Assembly: GCF_004010195.1 (NCBI RefSeq)
Contig: NC_057718.1
Coordinates: 36,918,669 to 36,977,006 of the forward strand
DNA: 58,338 nucleotides
Origin: Chiloscyllium plagiosum
Taxonomy: Eukaryota
Direction of reading: 5' to 3'
Positions 13,612 through 26,633 of this stretch are shown here, one piece after another. Position numbers and translations under genes: made by a program. Within the stretch, counting starts at the first letter, position 1; the number at the start of each line of letters is the position of its first letter. The notes beneath the pieces were generated by a model that was not told the origin of the DNA, did not search any database, and was given only the letters and a program-made list of their open reading frames with translations.

Positions 13612-13999
13612 TTTATATATTCACTTTGCCACTTTGACAAAATCACAGTCTGAATTTTACAAATCTAAGCTGGCTGTCATAAATTAACCCAATGGATTCC
13701 AGCTTTGAGGAAGACACCTCTGCAAATCTTTAGAATCTACTGGATCACTAAAATGCATATTTCTGGTTTTCTCAGTGTTTCTTTCATTTGCATCTTCCAG
13801 ATCATTGCTCAGCTTTCTTTAAGTAATATGATATTTCTTTAGCACTCTTTTACCTTTCATGACAACAAAGGAACTAACACGAGGATGATGTTTATAAGAA
13901 ATTGGCCATGTGTCAGTTTTGACTGTTTCCTGAAGGGTTTCACTTATCTCTCCGAATGCGATTTCTCACGCTTTTCTCTGAAACTCACCATGTTCCCAA

Positions 14000-15495
14000 T
14001 ATACCACATGTCTATGACGTCCATGTATTCTACTTGCCTTCTTACCAGAAGCAGAAGTCCATGCCCCTCTCAATGCCCAGTGTAGCCTCCAGCTTAGTCA
14101 TACAGACCATCATGCTGCACTGTCTCCCTACCAAAGGGTGATTGTGACCATCAATGATCACCCCCTACTTCCACAGTAACGCATGTTCTTCAAAACACTA
14201 TCACCTCCCCCACTTAAATATTGAGTTGCACCCATTCACAATTACTTTTCCCTCTGTATCACAACATGTTGCCTACAATCCTCAGCTTCCTTGCCGCGGC
14301 CAGTGATCCCTGATAACACCCTCCCCACCATGACTTTCACTGAGCTGGCACTCAAGGCTAATTACGGCCAAGTCCCCTGACCCACTTGGATGAATAACAC
14401 TGACTGATGACTGAATAGATCCCTGATTGGTCTGTGTGTGTCTCTCCCTGACCGATTTACCATGACTCTGTGGACTTGTACTGGATTTGCAGACTTACAA
14501 TGACTCACTCCCCAGATTACAGAGGTACAGACCCATGGCCCTGATCGCCCTGATCATTTCAAGTCCCTGAACTAATATCAGTTGATACCCTTGAATTACT
14601 GTGCTGGGGGCCCTTGCCTGAAGGAGGCCACTTTTGGTCTGGTTGAGGACGACTCCCCATGGACTATGACACATGGCTATTTGATTAATGTACATGCAGT
14701 GTGTAAAGATGTGAGATTAGTGTTGTACACTGCCATACACCAACGTATATACCCCTCTGATTGATCACTCTGTCATCCATTCCTGGTTTTGTGTCTGTAC
14801 TAAGACAAGACAGAAATACAGTAAACTCCGTTTGATGGAACAAAGAACCAAAAGGCAAGGCAAGGCAAGGCAGGGTTGCTGTGAGTACAAGGTGAGTAAG
14901 TGCTTACAGAGCACTGAGAAGCTCTGAGATGTAGCCTGGTCCAATTCATCAGATGGGTGCTTGTCTCTGGCATGTCCAGAGAATGTCCAGGCATACCATT
15001 CCAATAAAAGGTGCTTGTATGCTCTAACGGGCAGGATTGAAGTGCAGAATTCGACTGTAAATGGAATGAAAATGTGCAATGATGATGCAGGGAGGCATGT
15101 TTGTGTCAGATGCCAAGATATATGGACAGGAGAGGGTGCATGCATTTGCTGTCCATGCAGCACACCCTGATGTGTTAGTGCCAGGATGGAAGTCCCAATG
15201 AACAAGCAGTGAGCTGGAGTCACCAGGTACCTGCTCAGACTGTCGTGTCAGGAATTGTTGATGTCTAATTTCTATCTGGTGGCTGGGAGAATGGGGGCAT
15301 TATATTATTTAGGTGTGATTAGGTAATAATGAGATGTTAATGAATGCTAATGGATGAAAATAGGCCTCTTGCCACTCACAAATTAGAATCCTGTCTTGCT
15401 GGAAGATGGGATTTTTCGCTCTTGGTCATTTCATGTGATTGTCCCAACGTTCTCACCAATCCTCACGGCATTCATGGGCTGGGAAGATTCTCCCT
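14000..15495. mobile_element. Old DNA-transposon relic (probably Harbinger-derived)
   Basis: Shares a block with 6255-6370; ends in gggaagattctccc resembling a terminus; no intact ORF; left boundary uncertain. Confidence 0.3.
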
Positions 15496-15544
15496 CAGGG
15501 CTTCAGAATGGTAAACAACAAAAACCCAAAGAACTTTGGATTAA

Positions 15545-15778
15545 CCGTGGGAAATGTGAGGTTACAGAGATAGGGTAAGGGGGGTGCGTCTGGGAGGGAT
15601 GATCTTTGGAGGGGACTGTGGGCTGAATGGCCTGCTTCCACACTGTAGAGATTCTATGATTCTATGAACGGCAGATGCTTGAAATCAGATGGAAAACAGA
15701 AATGGTTGGAGAAACTCAGCAGGTCTATGCAGAGAAAGCAGAGTCAAGGTTTCCGGTCCAGTCACCCTTCTTCAGATG
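15545..15778. mobile_element. HE1 3' fragment (+, 15545-15668) adjoining a Penelope terminal-repeat fragment (-, 15670-15778)
   Basis: gggctgaatggcctgcttccacactgtagagattctatgattctatga tail; then cagatgct...ggagaaactcagcaggtct...cccttcttcaga. Confidence 0.65.
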
Positions 15779-16709
15779 ATATTTCTTAGGTCGACATTTT
15801 ACAGATCTTGTCTTAGTGCTGTTTTGTACACTTCTTGACCATTAAGAAAGTTTTAGATTGTGCCTTTTCATGTTGTTGAACCACTTGTCCTTGGTTTCTC
15901 CACTGGAATTTTCAGTGCCCCAGCCCTCAGGCCTTCCTGGCAATTTCTTAGAGCATGAATGAGGCTGTACCACCTCCATTGTTCACTGGGGTTGTCTTTA
16001 TTAGTTATCATGCCAATGATTACTAACTTACACATACCCTGTAGACTTAGTCTACCCAGTAGTACTAATTTCTATCAGCATTTCTGTGATGTTATGTTCT
16101 TCTCAAACCTAAACATATCAATCACACACAGAAAAATTGGAGAAACAATGCTGTTGATTCTTATTTCGAAAATAAGACCCTAATATTCATGGGAGATAAG
16201 TGCAAAACCATCTGATCTCAACCACTGCTGTGGACCCTTCATAGAGAGAGAAAACCTGCAAGGTGGACAATCGCAACAAGATGATGCATTCTGAAAAAAA
16301 TACCGATAAATAGGGCAATTATTTTAGCTTCAGAGTTGACCTTATTGGGGTTGAAACATGGAAATGATTGCCTCACAAATATGGAACAGTGCCAGTGGGA
16401 CATTTAACCTGACACTAATGGTAATTGTGAACTTAATTAAGCCCTGAATTTTAACTTCAGTTTCTTTCCTATTTTTTAAAGGCCAAGTCCAATACAAATG
16501 TCAGCGCATTTTTCAGATTGTGCATTACTTGTAGCATCAGAAATTTTTCACCAAAATCATTCTCATCATGGCTGCAGTTGATTGGCTCCTCAACAAGGAC
16601 ATGAGGAATATCCTTCAGCCTTCTGTATCACAACAGTTCTAACCCTATTGAGGGTGTCATGATGACAAGTTTCAACAGGTGATTAAATTATAACTATTCT
16701 TCATCATAG

Positions 16710-17880
16710 ATGATTTCTGAAAGATGAGATTTAAATGGATTTGTGAAGGCAAAGAATGATTAGGGATAATCAGCCTGGATGGTGTGGGGAAGTCATATCT
16801 CACAAACTTTATTGAATTCTTTTGAGGAAATAACCAAAAAGATTGATGAGGAAAGAGCGGTAGATGTTGTTTACTTGGAATTTAGTAAAGCCTTTGATAA
16901 GATTCTGCATGGTAGACTAACTAGATCGCATTGGATTCAGAGAGAGTTTGCCAATTGGATACAGAACTGGCTCAATGGCAAGAGACAGAGTGGTGGTGGT
17001 GGAGAGCTGGTTTTCAGATAGAGGCTGTCACCAGTGGTGTTCCACAGGGATGGTGCTGAGTCTCGTTTTGTTTGTCATTTATCTAAACAATTCAGGTGAA
17101 AGTGTAGAAGGCCTGGTGAGTAAGTTTGTGGATAGCACCTAAATTGGTGGTATAGTGGACAGTGAAGAAGGTTTTTAAAATTACCAAGAGATCTTTTTCG
17201 ATTGGTTCAATGGGCTTAGGAGGGGCAGGTGGAGTTTAAACTGGATCAATGCGAAGTATCGAATTTTGTTAAAACAAACAAGGGTAGGACTTATACAATT
17301 AAAAATAGGGCCATTATGTTATGTTGTGGAACAGAGATACCTAGCGGTTCAGGGACCCAATTCTTTAAAGTTAACATCATATATAGACAGGGTGGTTAAG
17401 AAGGCGTTCAGCATGCTTGCCTTCTTTGCTCAGACCTTTGAGTACAGGAATTGCAACGTCATGTTGAGGACATACAGGGGAGAGGCTGGATAGGCTGGGA
17501 CTTTTTTTAACTGGAGCATAGGTGATCTTATATAGGTTTTTTAGATCATGAGGGGTATAGATAAGGTGTCTTTTCCCTAGGATGGGGGATTATCAAGACT
17601 AGGGTGGTATATTTTAAAGGTGAGAGGAGAAAGAATGACTTTGAGGGTCAACTTTTTTACACAGAGTGGTTTGCGTGTGGAATGAGCTTCCAGAGAAAGT
17701 AGTAGATATGGGTATATTTACAATGTTTAAAAGACGTTTAGATAGGTACATGAATAAGAAGTGTCTGGAAGGATATGGGCCAAGCACAGGCTGGTGGGAC
17801 TAGTTCACTTTGGGTTTATGATTTGCATGGACTGGTTGGATTAAAGGGTCTGTTTCTGTGCTCTGAGTCTATGACTCTGT
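16710..17880 (+). mobile_element. CR1 LINE RT and 3' end (frameshifted)
   Basis: SFEEITKKIDEERAVDVVYLEFSKAFDKILHGRL, VPQG-type block, LVSKFVDST, 3' tail gtctatgactct. Confidence 0.92.
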
Positions 17881-18504
17881 CACTGTATAATGAGAAGCCT
17901 CTAAACCATTAGTGTGAAAAGAGGCATGATATATGAGGTCGTGTGAGCCAACATTTCGCAGTCATATTTTGTTTTTTTTTTGAAGAAATGGCCTCAGGAT
18001 TCTTCATATCTGATTTATTCTCCCCAGCCTAGAAATAAATTACAAGGAAGGAGTTGTGCTTGCCAGCAGTACAGTGTGGTAACAATGTCTGCACCACATT
18101 TTGCTGTGAAATGGATACTGTCAGAAATTGTAGTCCCAACTAAATGAGGTATTTGCAGACTGTGTAAGTACATCTTCTGAATGGGGGTGCTGGTATACAT
18201 GGGAAAATAGCAGTTCAGTTGTACAGCTTTTCTTAATGGTTGAAACACTGGTTGGGGTGGGATTGCAGAAATTCATGTGCAGAGGGAGTAGACTCCTGCT
18301 GCATTAACAGAAAAATGGGACCTGTCAACGTTTGAGGCACTGGAGGGAGAAACCATTGGACAGTCGATCCTGAATCATTGCTGGACGAAGAAGCCTTGCA
18401 GTCTTTGGAAATCTTGGCTTAGGAAGGTGGTTGGAGGCAGAGTGATTGAACCATTCTAAGACAGAGATGGATAGATTCTTGTCAGGCAGTAGAATCAGGC
18501 AGTA

Positions 18505-18823
18505 GGGCTGGTACAGTGGCACAGTGGTTAGCACTGCTGCCTCACAGCACCAGGGCCTCAGGCTTGATTCCAGCCTCGGGCGACTGTCTGTGTGGAGTTT
18601 GCACATTCTCCCCGTGTCTGCGTGGGTTTTCTCTGGATGCTCTGGTTTCCTCCCACACTCCAAAGATGTGCAGGTTAAGTGAACTGACCATACTAAATTG
18701 CCCATAATGTTAGGTGCACTAGTCAAATGGAAATGGGTCAGGGTGGGTTACTCTTTGGAGGGTCAGTGTGCACTTGTTGGGCCAAATGGCCTATTTCCAT
18801 ACTGTAGGCAATCTAATCTAATC
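18505..18823 (+). mobile_element. HE1-type V-SINE inserted in a decayed CR1 tail (~18410-18930)
   Basis: gtggcacagtggttagcactgctgcctcacag head, V-domain, aatctaatctaatc tail. Confidence 0.92.
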
Positions 18824-19529
18824 AAGGGCCCTTGGAGATAGATGGGAATGTGGAATTTGAAACAAAAGCAGATCGTGTTGAATGGAGAAACAGGTTTGAC
18901 GGTCTATTTCTATTCCCATTTTATGTTTGTATAATCAGATGGAGACAGACAGCAGTAACAGTAGGGAATGGTGAACATCTTGTTAAATCTGTTAGAACTG
19001 TCCTAAGTTACTGGGGAACAAAAAACTCATTTGAGGATTCCTGACAAAAGAAAACACTTTGAGGAAATGTTCCCCTACCCCCTCTCACTGCCTTCAGATG
19101 GACTTTGCTTGACTAGCATGTAAAAACTCAAAAATACCTCAACCTCGGAATAACCAAACTCAAATCTACCCATTTCCAGTTTTAACATAGGCAAAAATGG
19201 AATGGAATAGGTGGTCAACTAACTCCCAGGAGGTGGAATGGTCATTTATATATTCTTTATGAAATTACAAGTTTCCCTTTTTAATGTATTTTCAATTTAT
19301 TCCTGAACAACCACTTTCTCAATCCTACCTCTCTTTGTTAGCCTGATTGTTCTTCTCTCTCTGTCCATCTCCACCTATTTGCTTACTCCTTTCACACCAT
19401 ACTTTCCAAGCAACTAATGCTACTAATAGTTTTGAAGATGCATTGCTTTACCTGAAACATTGTCTCTGCTTTTCTCTACAGATGCTGAGTTCATCCAGCA
19501 ATTTCTGTTTTGTTTGCCAGGTAGTCTGT

Positions 19530-19905
19530 GTTTTAAGCACAAGTACCTCTCAGTCCTTTTTGGGTTGCAGCTTTCTGCAGTTTTTCTCCATTTAAATAAT
19601 AATCTTTTCTTTTGTTCTTCTTTCTAAAATGAACAACTTCAAATTTTCCCACATTATACTTGATTTGACAACTTTTTTACCTGCTTACTTAACCTAATAA
19701 ATATCTCTCGTGAACTGTTTATATCTCTCACACAACTTGCCTTTCCATCTACTTCGGTGTCATTTGCGAAGTTGGCTGCACTATATTCATTTCTTTCCTC
19801 CAATCATTACTTTATATCCATCCAAATGTCTTTTAAACATTGTAATTGTACCTGGATCCACCACTTTCTCAGGAAGTTCATTCCACAAGTGAACCACCCT
19901 CGGTG
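19530..19905 (-). mobile_element. Decayed CR1 RT and tail fragments
   Basis: cttcggtgtcatttgcgaagtt (NFANDTE, cf. KFADDTK) and ccaaatgtcttttaaacattgtaattgtacc tail block. Confidence 0.6.
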
Positions 19906-20126
19906 TAAAAACACCCAAAGCCTCACAAACTTTATTGGCTTTGAGCAGACAACTCGGCACCTCTGTCTCAACCTTTCTTCATAAAAAAAACAACAGGACA
20001 AAATACATCTCTTAAAACCAGAGCATCAACACACATCATGAGAAAAAGAGAACAGTTGAGTGCAGTGAAAGTTGGTGGTGTGCCTGTTGTCCTGATCTAG
20101 GTAGTGGAAAGATGGTGAGGTATTCC

Positions 20127-20313
20127 AATTTGGAGATGCTGGTTTTGGACTGAGGTGTACACAGTTAAAAATCACACAACACCAGGTTATACTCCAACAG
20201 GTTTAATTGGAAGCACCAGCTTTCGGAGCGCTGCTCCTTCATCACCTGACGAAGGAGCAGCGCTCTGAAAGTTAGTGCTTCCAATTAAACCTGTGGGACT
20301 ATAACCTGGTGTT
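20127..20313. mobile_element. Palindromic non-autonomous Penelope-derived element with 12-bp TSD
   Basis: Arms 20175-20244 and 20247-20316 are reverse complements (about 64/70); TSD gtgaggtattcc at 20115-20126 and 20314-20325. Confidence 0.8.
20243..20277 (+). ncRNA. Minimal type-I hammerhead ribozyme motif
   Basis: cac-CTGACGA-aggagc-agc-gctct-GAAA-gt-TA-gtg: intact core, helix II, loop-less helix III, and cac/gtg helix I. Confidence 0.65.
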
Positions 20314-20499
20314 GTGAGGTATTCCGAGTTAGTGAGGAGGCAGCACGGAGGCCACGTAGGATTAGTAGCATGGGAAGTGTGGGTGAGAGTGAGTGAGGGA
20401 AATTGTTACCAGTCACTGAACTCTCTGCTGAGGGAAACAGCTCCTTCTCATCCAAGCCCCTCACAAAATGGATACCTCAGTGCTGACCCAGCGAGGCAT

Positions 20500-20808
20500 C
20501 CTCTCTATCCAGTGTGGCCTTCTGGCCTCAAGGTGATTCAAGGCCCAGTCTGGACTGGAAACATGGGCTGGGTTGGAAGGGCTGTTATCCTGAACTTTTC
20601 TTTCCCTATTTTTCTAATTCATTCTGATGATCTATAATGCTGGACTTTTTATTTCTTTATTTTTCTAATTACTTTTCTTCAGACCTTATACTGAAGAATC
20701 TGTACCGAGGTGCTTTGTACCAAAGATGGTGCCGTAAGTGGTGACTTATACATTTTTCACTGTACTCATTTGAGTGCATATGACAATAAAACTAATTTAA
20801 TTCAATTC
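20500..20808 (+). mobile_element. Non-LTR element 3' end (Rex1/Babar-like tail)
   Basis: ttttcactgtactcatttgagtgcatatgacaataaaa...attcaattca terminal motif; clade assignment tentative. Confidence 0.4.
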
Positions 20809-20919
20809 ATTTCCATTGTTAAAGGCAACAGAGAGGGTAGCCGAGCATGAGCCATGATGGGAAATGGGTACAGTAGCAGAGTTAAAGTGAGTGTAAGTTA
20901 TCAGAGAGCAGACTGCGAT

Positions 20920-21545
20920 ATTATCGGACAGTGGAGAAGGTTATTGGCCATTGTTTTCCTTAGAACAGAGGACACTGAGAAGGACGTGATTGAGAGTTAT
21001 AAAATGATGAGGGCATAGCTAGGATAGACAGAAAGAAACTTGTCCCCTCAATGGAGGAATCAGTGACAGAGAACATAAATTTAAGGTTAGAGGCAGACAA
21101 TCTAGAGGATATGTGAGCAAACACTTTTTTCAACCGGAGGGTGGTAGGAATCTGGAACTCACTGTACAGGCAGAAACCAGTGTAACATTTCAGATGTATT
21201 TAGATATGCACTTGTGATACCTAGTCTGACAAGGCTATGGGGTAAGTGCTGGAAAATAAGGGGCTAGAACAGTCAGGTACTTGTTTTTGCTAACATGGAT
21301 GCAGTGGGGCAAAGGGTCTTTTTCCATATTATGGATGTGTATGACTCCATGACCTTCTTACAGCACTGCTGTCCATTCCTCCAGCGGAGATGGCACTGAC
21401 CTGGTTGGTGACTTTGGGCCAGGGTGCCAGGGTCGGGTGGCACACCTCATCTCCCAGACTTCCAAAAGGAGAATGATCCTCCCATGCACCACCCTTTCAC
21501 CAGGACCTCTTGAAAAATTGTGTGCCATCTTCCCCTTTTCCAACT
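20920..21545 (-). pseudogene. PIF/Harbinger Myb/SANT-like ORF relic split by a CR1 fragment
   Basis: Minus strand with frameshifts: GKMAHNF..EVLVK..WPKVTNQVSAIS..RNGQQCCKKV | CR1 insert | NNLLHC, resembling the trihelix W..(I/V)...V...S...R...QC.KK..DL pattern. Confidence 0.6.
20952..21350 (+). mobile_element. CR1 LINE 3' fragment
   Basis: LFSLEQR.LR.DVIESYKMM-like block, ttttttcaaccggagggtggtaggaatctggaac, tail tatgactccatga. Confidence 0.8.
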
Positions 21546-23848
21546 GCTTCATCAATCTGTCCTTGAGTGAGCAAAGTAGTTTCCAAACACTTGTGCTCAC
21601 CTGAGTGGGCAGTGGCCCTCTAAGGATGACGGAGCACAAAAGATGCTGGTGGGTATCTGCTGAGTGGCGATTTGTTCTGGTAACGATGCCCAGTAAGACA
21701 GGACATCATGGAGCTGGGAGGGTAGTTAAATGGGGCGAGTTTGGTGAAAGTACCATAAGAAATCTGATTAGGGCCTGATGCCGAAAAACCCCCAACAGAA
21801 CTCGATGGAACTCAGACTTAGCCAAGTGTGCCTTTCCAGAATGTGCAGCAGAAAATGAAGCCAAGTCCACAGGCAGCAAATTGTCCAAACTGTGGTGAAA
21901 CATAGAAGAGGTGAAGCTGATTTCATCACTTCATCAGCATTTTTTGTTTAACACATGCATTTTTGACAACCTTACAAAACTGTATAAGAAATTAAAAACA
22001 GAACTGAAGTAATACTAGATGTCTGACCAACACTGGAATTCTTGGCTGCAGCCTGCTTGGTTGGGTGGAGTTCCATTCTACTGTGAATATAATATTATTC
22101 TTTGCCTGGCATCAATGAAAAATATGCTGCAAAAATATTTTGGATTTGTTGACATTGTTAGCCTTTGCTCTGCAGCATTCCATTTTTTTCGAACTGACAA
22201 GATAGCTTGTTGGCAAATAGCTAAGGTATTGCAAAATTCGTACTTTGTATGATAGATTTAGTTGTGCTGAAGTTTTCTAATTAACTTTCTGATTTAGGTA
22301 GTGATGTTCACTGAATCTTGGCTTTGGTATTTGTTTGGCATTTCCATTCTCACGTGCTGTAATGGAAAAAGTCCTATCCATGTCACAGAGAGGAATCTGG
22401 ATAAAGTCGATTTGATGAGACTAAATTAATTTTCAAATCTAACACTTGTATTGAAGAAAGGTTTACATTGCGGTTACTAAAATGCAGCAAAATCACACAT
22501 CCTTTTTGTCGATCCTGCATTCAGCCTTGATTTCACAAGATTTTAAGAGTGCCAGAAAAAGTTTCTGTAGAGAGTGGGGCCCTACTAATGGGCACCCTGT
22601 TAATGTGATATCCATTTAAAGAGAACGGGAAGTGTATTGCTTGAGGCATTTTTGTTCAAAGGGCTATACTGCCATTATCAAAATTAATTTAGGACATAGC
22701 ATTTATATTTAAGTTACCAATGGTAAAGCTTTCATAATGAGAATTCAATATGATTCCTCTGTTTTTTAGAAATGCTTGCATTTTTTTTAAGGAAACTGGA
22801 TTTAGTACAATGAATAAGTTTGATTGATGAAATTTCTTAAAACTGTACACAGTTCAAAGGGAATCTACCAAATATGGTCATTCCTACCATAAATGGATGA
22901 TGCTCTAATATTAACATATATTTCCCAAACCTTTTCCATATGAAGTAATTTGTTACACTGAAATCTGCTTTCCAGCTGACTATTTGAAAGTGAATGCTTT
23001 AGCTGCCTTGCATTCCTTAACTTCTTGTCTGAGTTCAGTTATTAAACAAAAGATTATTATTTAAAAAAAGGCAGAACTTACTAAACATTAAACATATTAG
23101 CCTGCCATTATTCTTAATTAGCGGAAAATGCAAAAATCAGTAATACAGTCTTGTTAAAAACTTTTCCTACCATTGGTAAGTGAACCTTACAAATACTGAG
23201 TCTGTGAAATTTAAATGTAGCACAATGAAATTCTTGGCATTGTTTCAGATTATAGCACTGGACCACATCTAGAAAACTACCAGGAATCGATGGCAAGAAG
23301 TAAGACATGCTCTGCCAAAAACATCTCAATAAACAAAGCACGTATTCTTTACACCATGGTTATAAATCGTGTAGACATGACAGAAGAATAACAAGACCCT
23401 GCATAATGAATCCACTAAAACATACTTAAATCTAATAAAGTGTAATTATTGCCCTAAAATGAGACCTTTTTCCACATTATAGGCTCGCTGACAGAGATTT
23501 GTAAGATTTGATAGTGAATATAAAATGCGACATTCATTTTTCATCGAATTGATTTGTATTTCTTCCATTGCTCACTGAGCTTTACTATAGTGATAAACTT
23601 TAATGTCAGTTAGCTAACATGGTCAGTTACACTTATGGGAATGCAATATTGATTCAATACTGACAAAATCAACATTCAATGTTTGACCTTTCTTTGCTGC
23701 ATTGAGCAAGATATCTAAGCTGTTAAAGAGGTGTTGAACTGAGACATTAAGAAATGCAAAACGCTACACCAAAGGCAAGAAGTTGGGTTTTCTCAAATAT
23801 CTCCAACCAGCACCAAAAAGCAGTGAATTGGCCAGTACCACCTATTTT

Positions 23849-24179
23849 CATAGAATCCCTACAGTGTGGAAACAGGCCCTACAGCCCAACAAGTCCACAC
23901 CGACTCTCTGAATGGTAAGCCACCCAGACCCATTCCCCTATATTTAGCCTTGACTAATGCATCTAACCTACACATCCCTGAACACTATAGACAATTTAGC
24001 ATGGCCAATTCACTTAACCTGCACATCTTTAGATTATGGGAGGAAACCAGAGCACCCAGAGCAAACCCACGCAGACACAGGGAGAACTTGCCAACTTTAC
24101 ACAGACAGATGCCTGAGGCTGGAATCAAACCCAGGTACTGTGAGGCAGCAGTGCTAACCACTGAGCCACCGTGTCACCC
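23849..24179 (-). mobile_element. HE1-type V-SINE (within a very decayed Deu-type SINE)
   Basis: Reverse complement starts gggtgacacggtggctcagtggttagcactgctgcctcacag; tail catagaatccctacagtgtggaaacagg. Confidence 0.9.
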
Positions 24180-24337
24180 TTTTAGGGTGGATGCTGTTTG
24201 CAAATAGATTGTTAGTGTAATAGCAACTAATTACATACAAGTAAACGTGATTGAAACACTTGATGGCATAGCACTTTGATATTGCTATCATGACAGGACT
24301 CCAACTCAGACTCGGTATTGTTTGTAAAGTAGCTTTT

Positions 24338-24437
24338 GAAATAAAAACAGGAAGTGCTGGTGAAAGTCAGCAGATCTGGCAGCATCTGTGGGGAGAGATG
24401 TTAACATTTAGCATCCAATATGACTTTTCTTCAGAGC
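24338..24437 (-). mobile_element. Penelope terminal-repeat fragment
   Basis: aaataaaaacaggaagtgctggtgaaagtcagcagatctggcagcatctgtg...cttttcttcagag. Confidence 0.6.
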
Positions 24438-24517
24438 AATTAGAAGACCCATAACTCTTTTAACATTTATTATCACTGAGTGGTGCACTGGAAATCAAGC
24501 CCCTCTATTCCCGGAGT

Positions 24518-25921
24518 CATTACGAACGTTAATGGTTTTAAAAGAAATGCACAAGTTCCCAAAGCTACTTGCGGTGCAGGTTCGAAGGGCTGAATGGCCT
24601 ACTCCTGCACCTATTGTCTATTGTCTATTGACTTTCAGATAGCTTGATCGAAAGCAGGGACCAGATTTCTGCACTGAACAAGAATCAATATTTATTGTAG
24701 GGCATTAGATTCTAGTTTTAGGTAAACAATTAACTTAAGGAAACTCCACAAATTAAAACTCTAACCATCTTCTAACCTCCCCTTACACACACACAAACAC
24801 ACACAGTCAGACAAACACATACAGAGCAAAATATACATGGATAGCAGTGATCCCTCTGAGTGTGCCTCTGCTCCAAGGTTTCTTTCACAGCGATCGATGT
24901 CAGCACGCCAATTGTGGCATCTGGTTCCGGTTCCAGAGGTCACTGCCACACAAGGACTGTTTCACCTATGAGAAAGTTAGAGGGAACACTGATGAGGGAG
25001 CGAAGATTGGAAAAACAGTTCCATAGTTCTTGTTCATCAGATCTGTTGGTCTTTTGCCGATCTGAAAGTTTCTCTTCTCGATTTCCTTTTTTTGAAAGTT
25101 TCCCCTGGTTTGCAAGATGCACAGGGTGGCTAGTTCATTTATCCAATTCAAAGTCTCAATGTGTAACATCTACTGAAAGAAAGGTAAGCTAGTTTACTTC
25201 ACTTTAAAGTGGCTTACTGCAGAAAACTGAGAGAGAGAGGGAGAGATTTTGGTTGTTGCAGTGCTGATGGTTTCTCTTATGGGTAAAAACAAGGACTGCA
25301 GATGCTGGAAACCAGAGTCTAGATTAGAGTGGTGCTGGAAAAGCACAGCAGGTCAGGCAGCATCCGAGGAGCAGTAACATTGATGTTTCGGGCAATTTCC
25401 AGCACCACTCTAATCTAGACTCTGGTTTCTCTTCTGGCCTAATTAGCTTCTCTGCATCTTGCTCACAGGCAATGTTTCCTCAAGCCCCTCCGAGGGTCCA
25501 TGCATGGTGTGTGGTGTACCAATGCCATTTTCAGAATTGATTTCTGGTCCTGGATGTCACTGCCACCCACGGACCTCAGAGGTCCATGCAGAAGAAAAAA
25601 ATAATTATTCAGAATGCAGATCACAGCCCAAGCCATTCAGTTAACTGACAACCAATAACCTGATTGTTGGGAGACAGAGGACCTTTATAACTGATTATTT
25701 GCCCCTAGTCTACAAACTAATCAGCTTCACTTGTAAACAAGCCAGTTTTTCTGCATATCATGGGAATACACAGCTACACAGAGTTCTCAACAGTTATTAC
25801 ATTTCTTACTTACAAAACATGCAGCCCTCCTAATAAATCCCTGGGTTTCAAAACAGTTCTTTGTCATTTCAGTCTACAGTTTTGAAAAGCACAAAAATGA
25901 AAAGACATGGTCTTTATAATA
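24518..25921 (-). mobile_element. Probable large solo LTR containing a CR1 tail (24570-24630) and a PLE hairpin (25283-25422)
   Basis: Degenerate TG..CA-like ends, tttatt signal, CA-rich tract; architecture like 49086-49990; no coding capacity; no TSD seen. Confidence 0.35.
25283..25422. mobile_element. Short inverted-repeat Penelope-derived element with 15-bp TSD
   Basis: gaaaccagagtctagattagagtggtgctggaaa...tttccagcaccactctaatctagactctggtttc; TSD tggtttctctt(a/c)tgg at 25268-25282 and 25423-25437; same family as 26358-27712. Confidence 0.8.
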
Positions 25922-26633
25922 TGCACAAAGATCACCTACCGTAGTCTCATAAGTGTTTGGGCTAATCTTATGCTAGAAGGTTCTGACCGATCAGTATGCT
26001 TCTGGCACTATATCATGCTTCAAGTGATCTGAGATAAAATGAGATCTTTCTTTCCTTAGGGCACATACTCTGATATAGTGATGATATTATAAGTGTGTCT
26101 ATTAAAAGTATTATGACATATAGATAATGAGACATGGTGGTAAAGAATTCCACCATTTCAAAGCACTTGAAATGGAGAATTTCCTCCTCTCCTCCATCCC
26201 AAAAGATTGATTTCTTATCCCGAGACTTGATTTCAAGTCTAGATCCTCTGGCCAGTCAAATAACCAAACATCATTTAACCTGTCAAGCTCCGTTGTAATT
26301 TTACATGTTTCAATGAAATCACCTCTTGTCCTGTTAAACTCTAGAGAAATTGACTAGGTAAAAACAAGGACTGCAGATGCTGGAAACCAGAGTCTAGATT
26401 AGAGTGGTGCTGGAAAAGCACAGCAGGTCAGGCAGTATCCAAGGAGCAGGAAAATCAATGTTTCGGGCAAAAGCCCTTCATCAGGAATAGAGGCAGGGTG
26501 CCTGCAGTGGAGAGATAAATGAGAGGAGGGTGGGGTGGGGAGAAAGTAGCATAGAGTGCAATAGGTGAATGGGGGTGGGGATGGAGGTGATAGGTCAGAG
26601 AGGAGGGTGGGGGAAGGTAGCAAAGAGTACAAT

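Noticed and set aside
13292..13687. Recurrent similar ORFs (MAQWLALLPHS..., LAWPIHLTCT...) suggesting a gene family
   Set aside because: Translations of HE1 SINE copies
14660..14730. HGYLINVHAVCKD resembling the Harbinger GFHS.NVQ.VCD motif
   Set aside because: Too short, and flanking catalytic motifs are not recognisable
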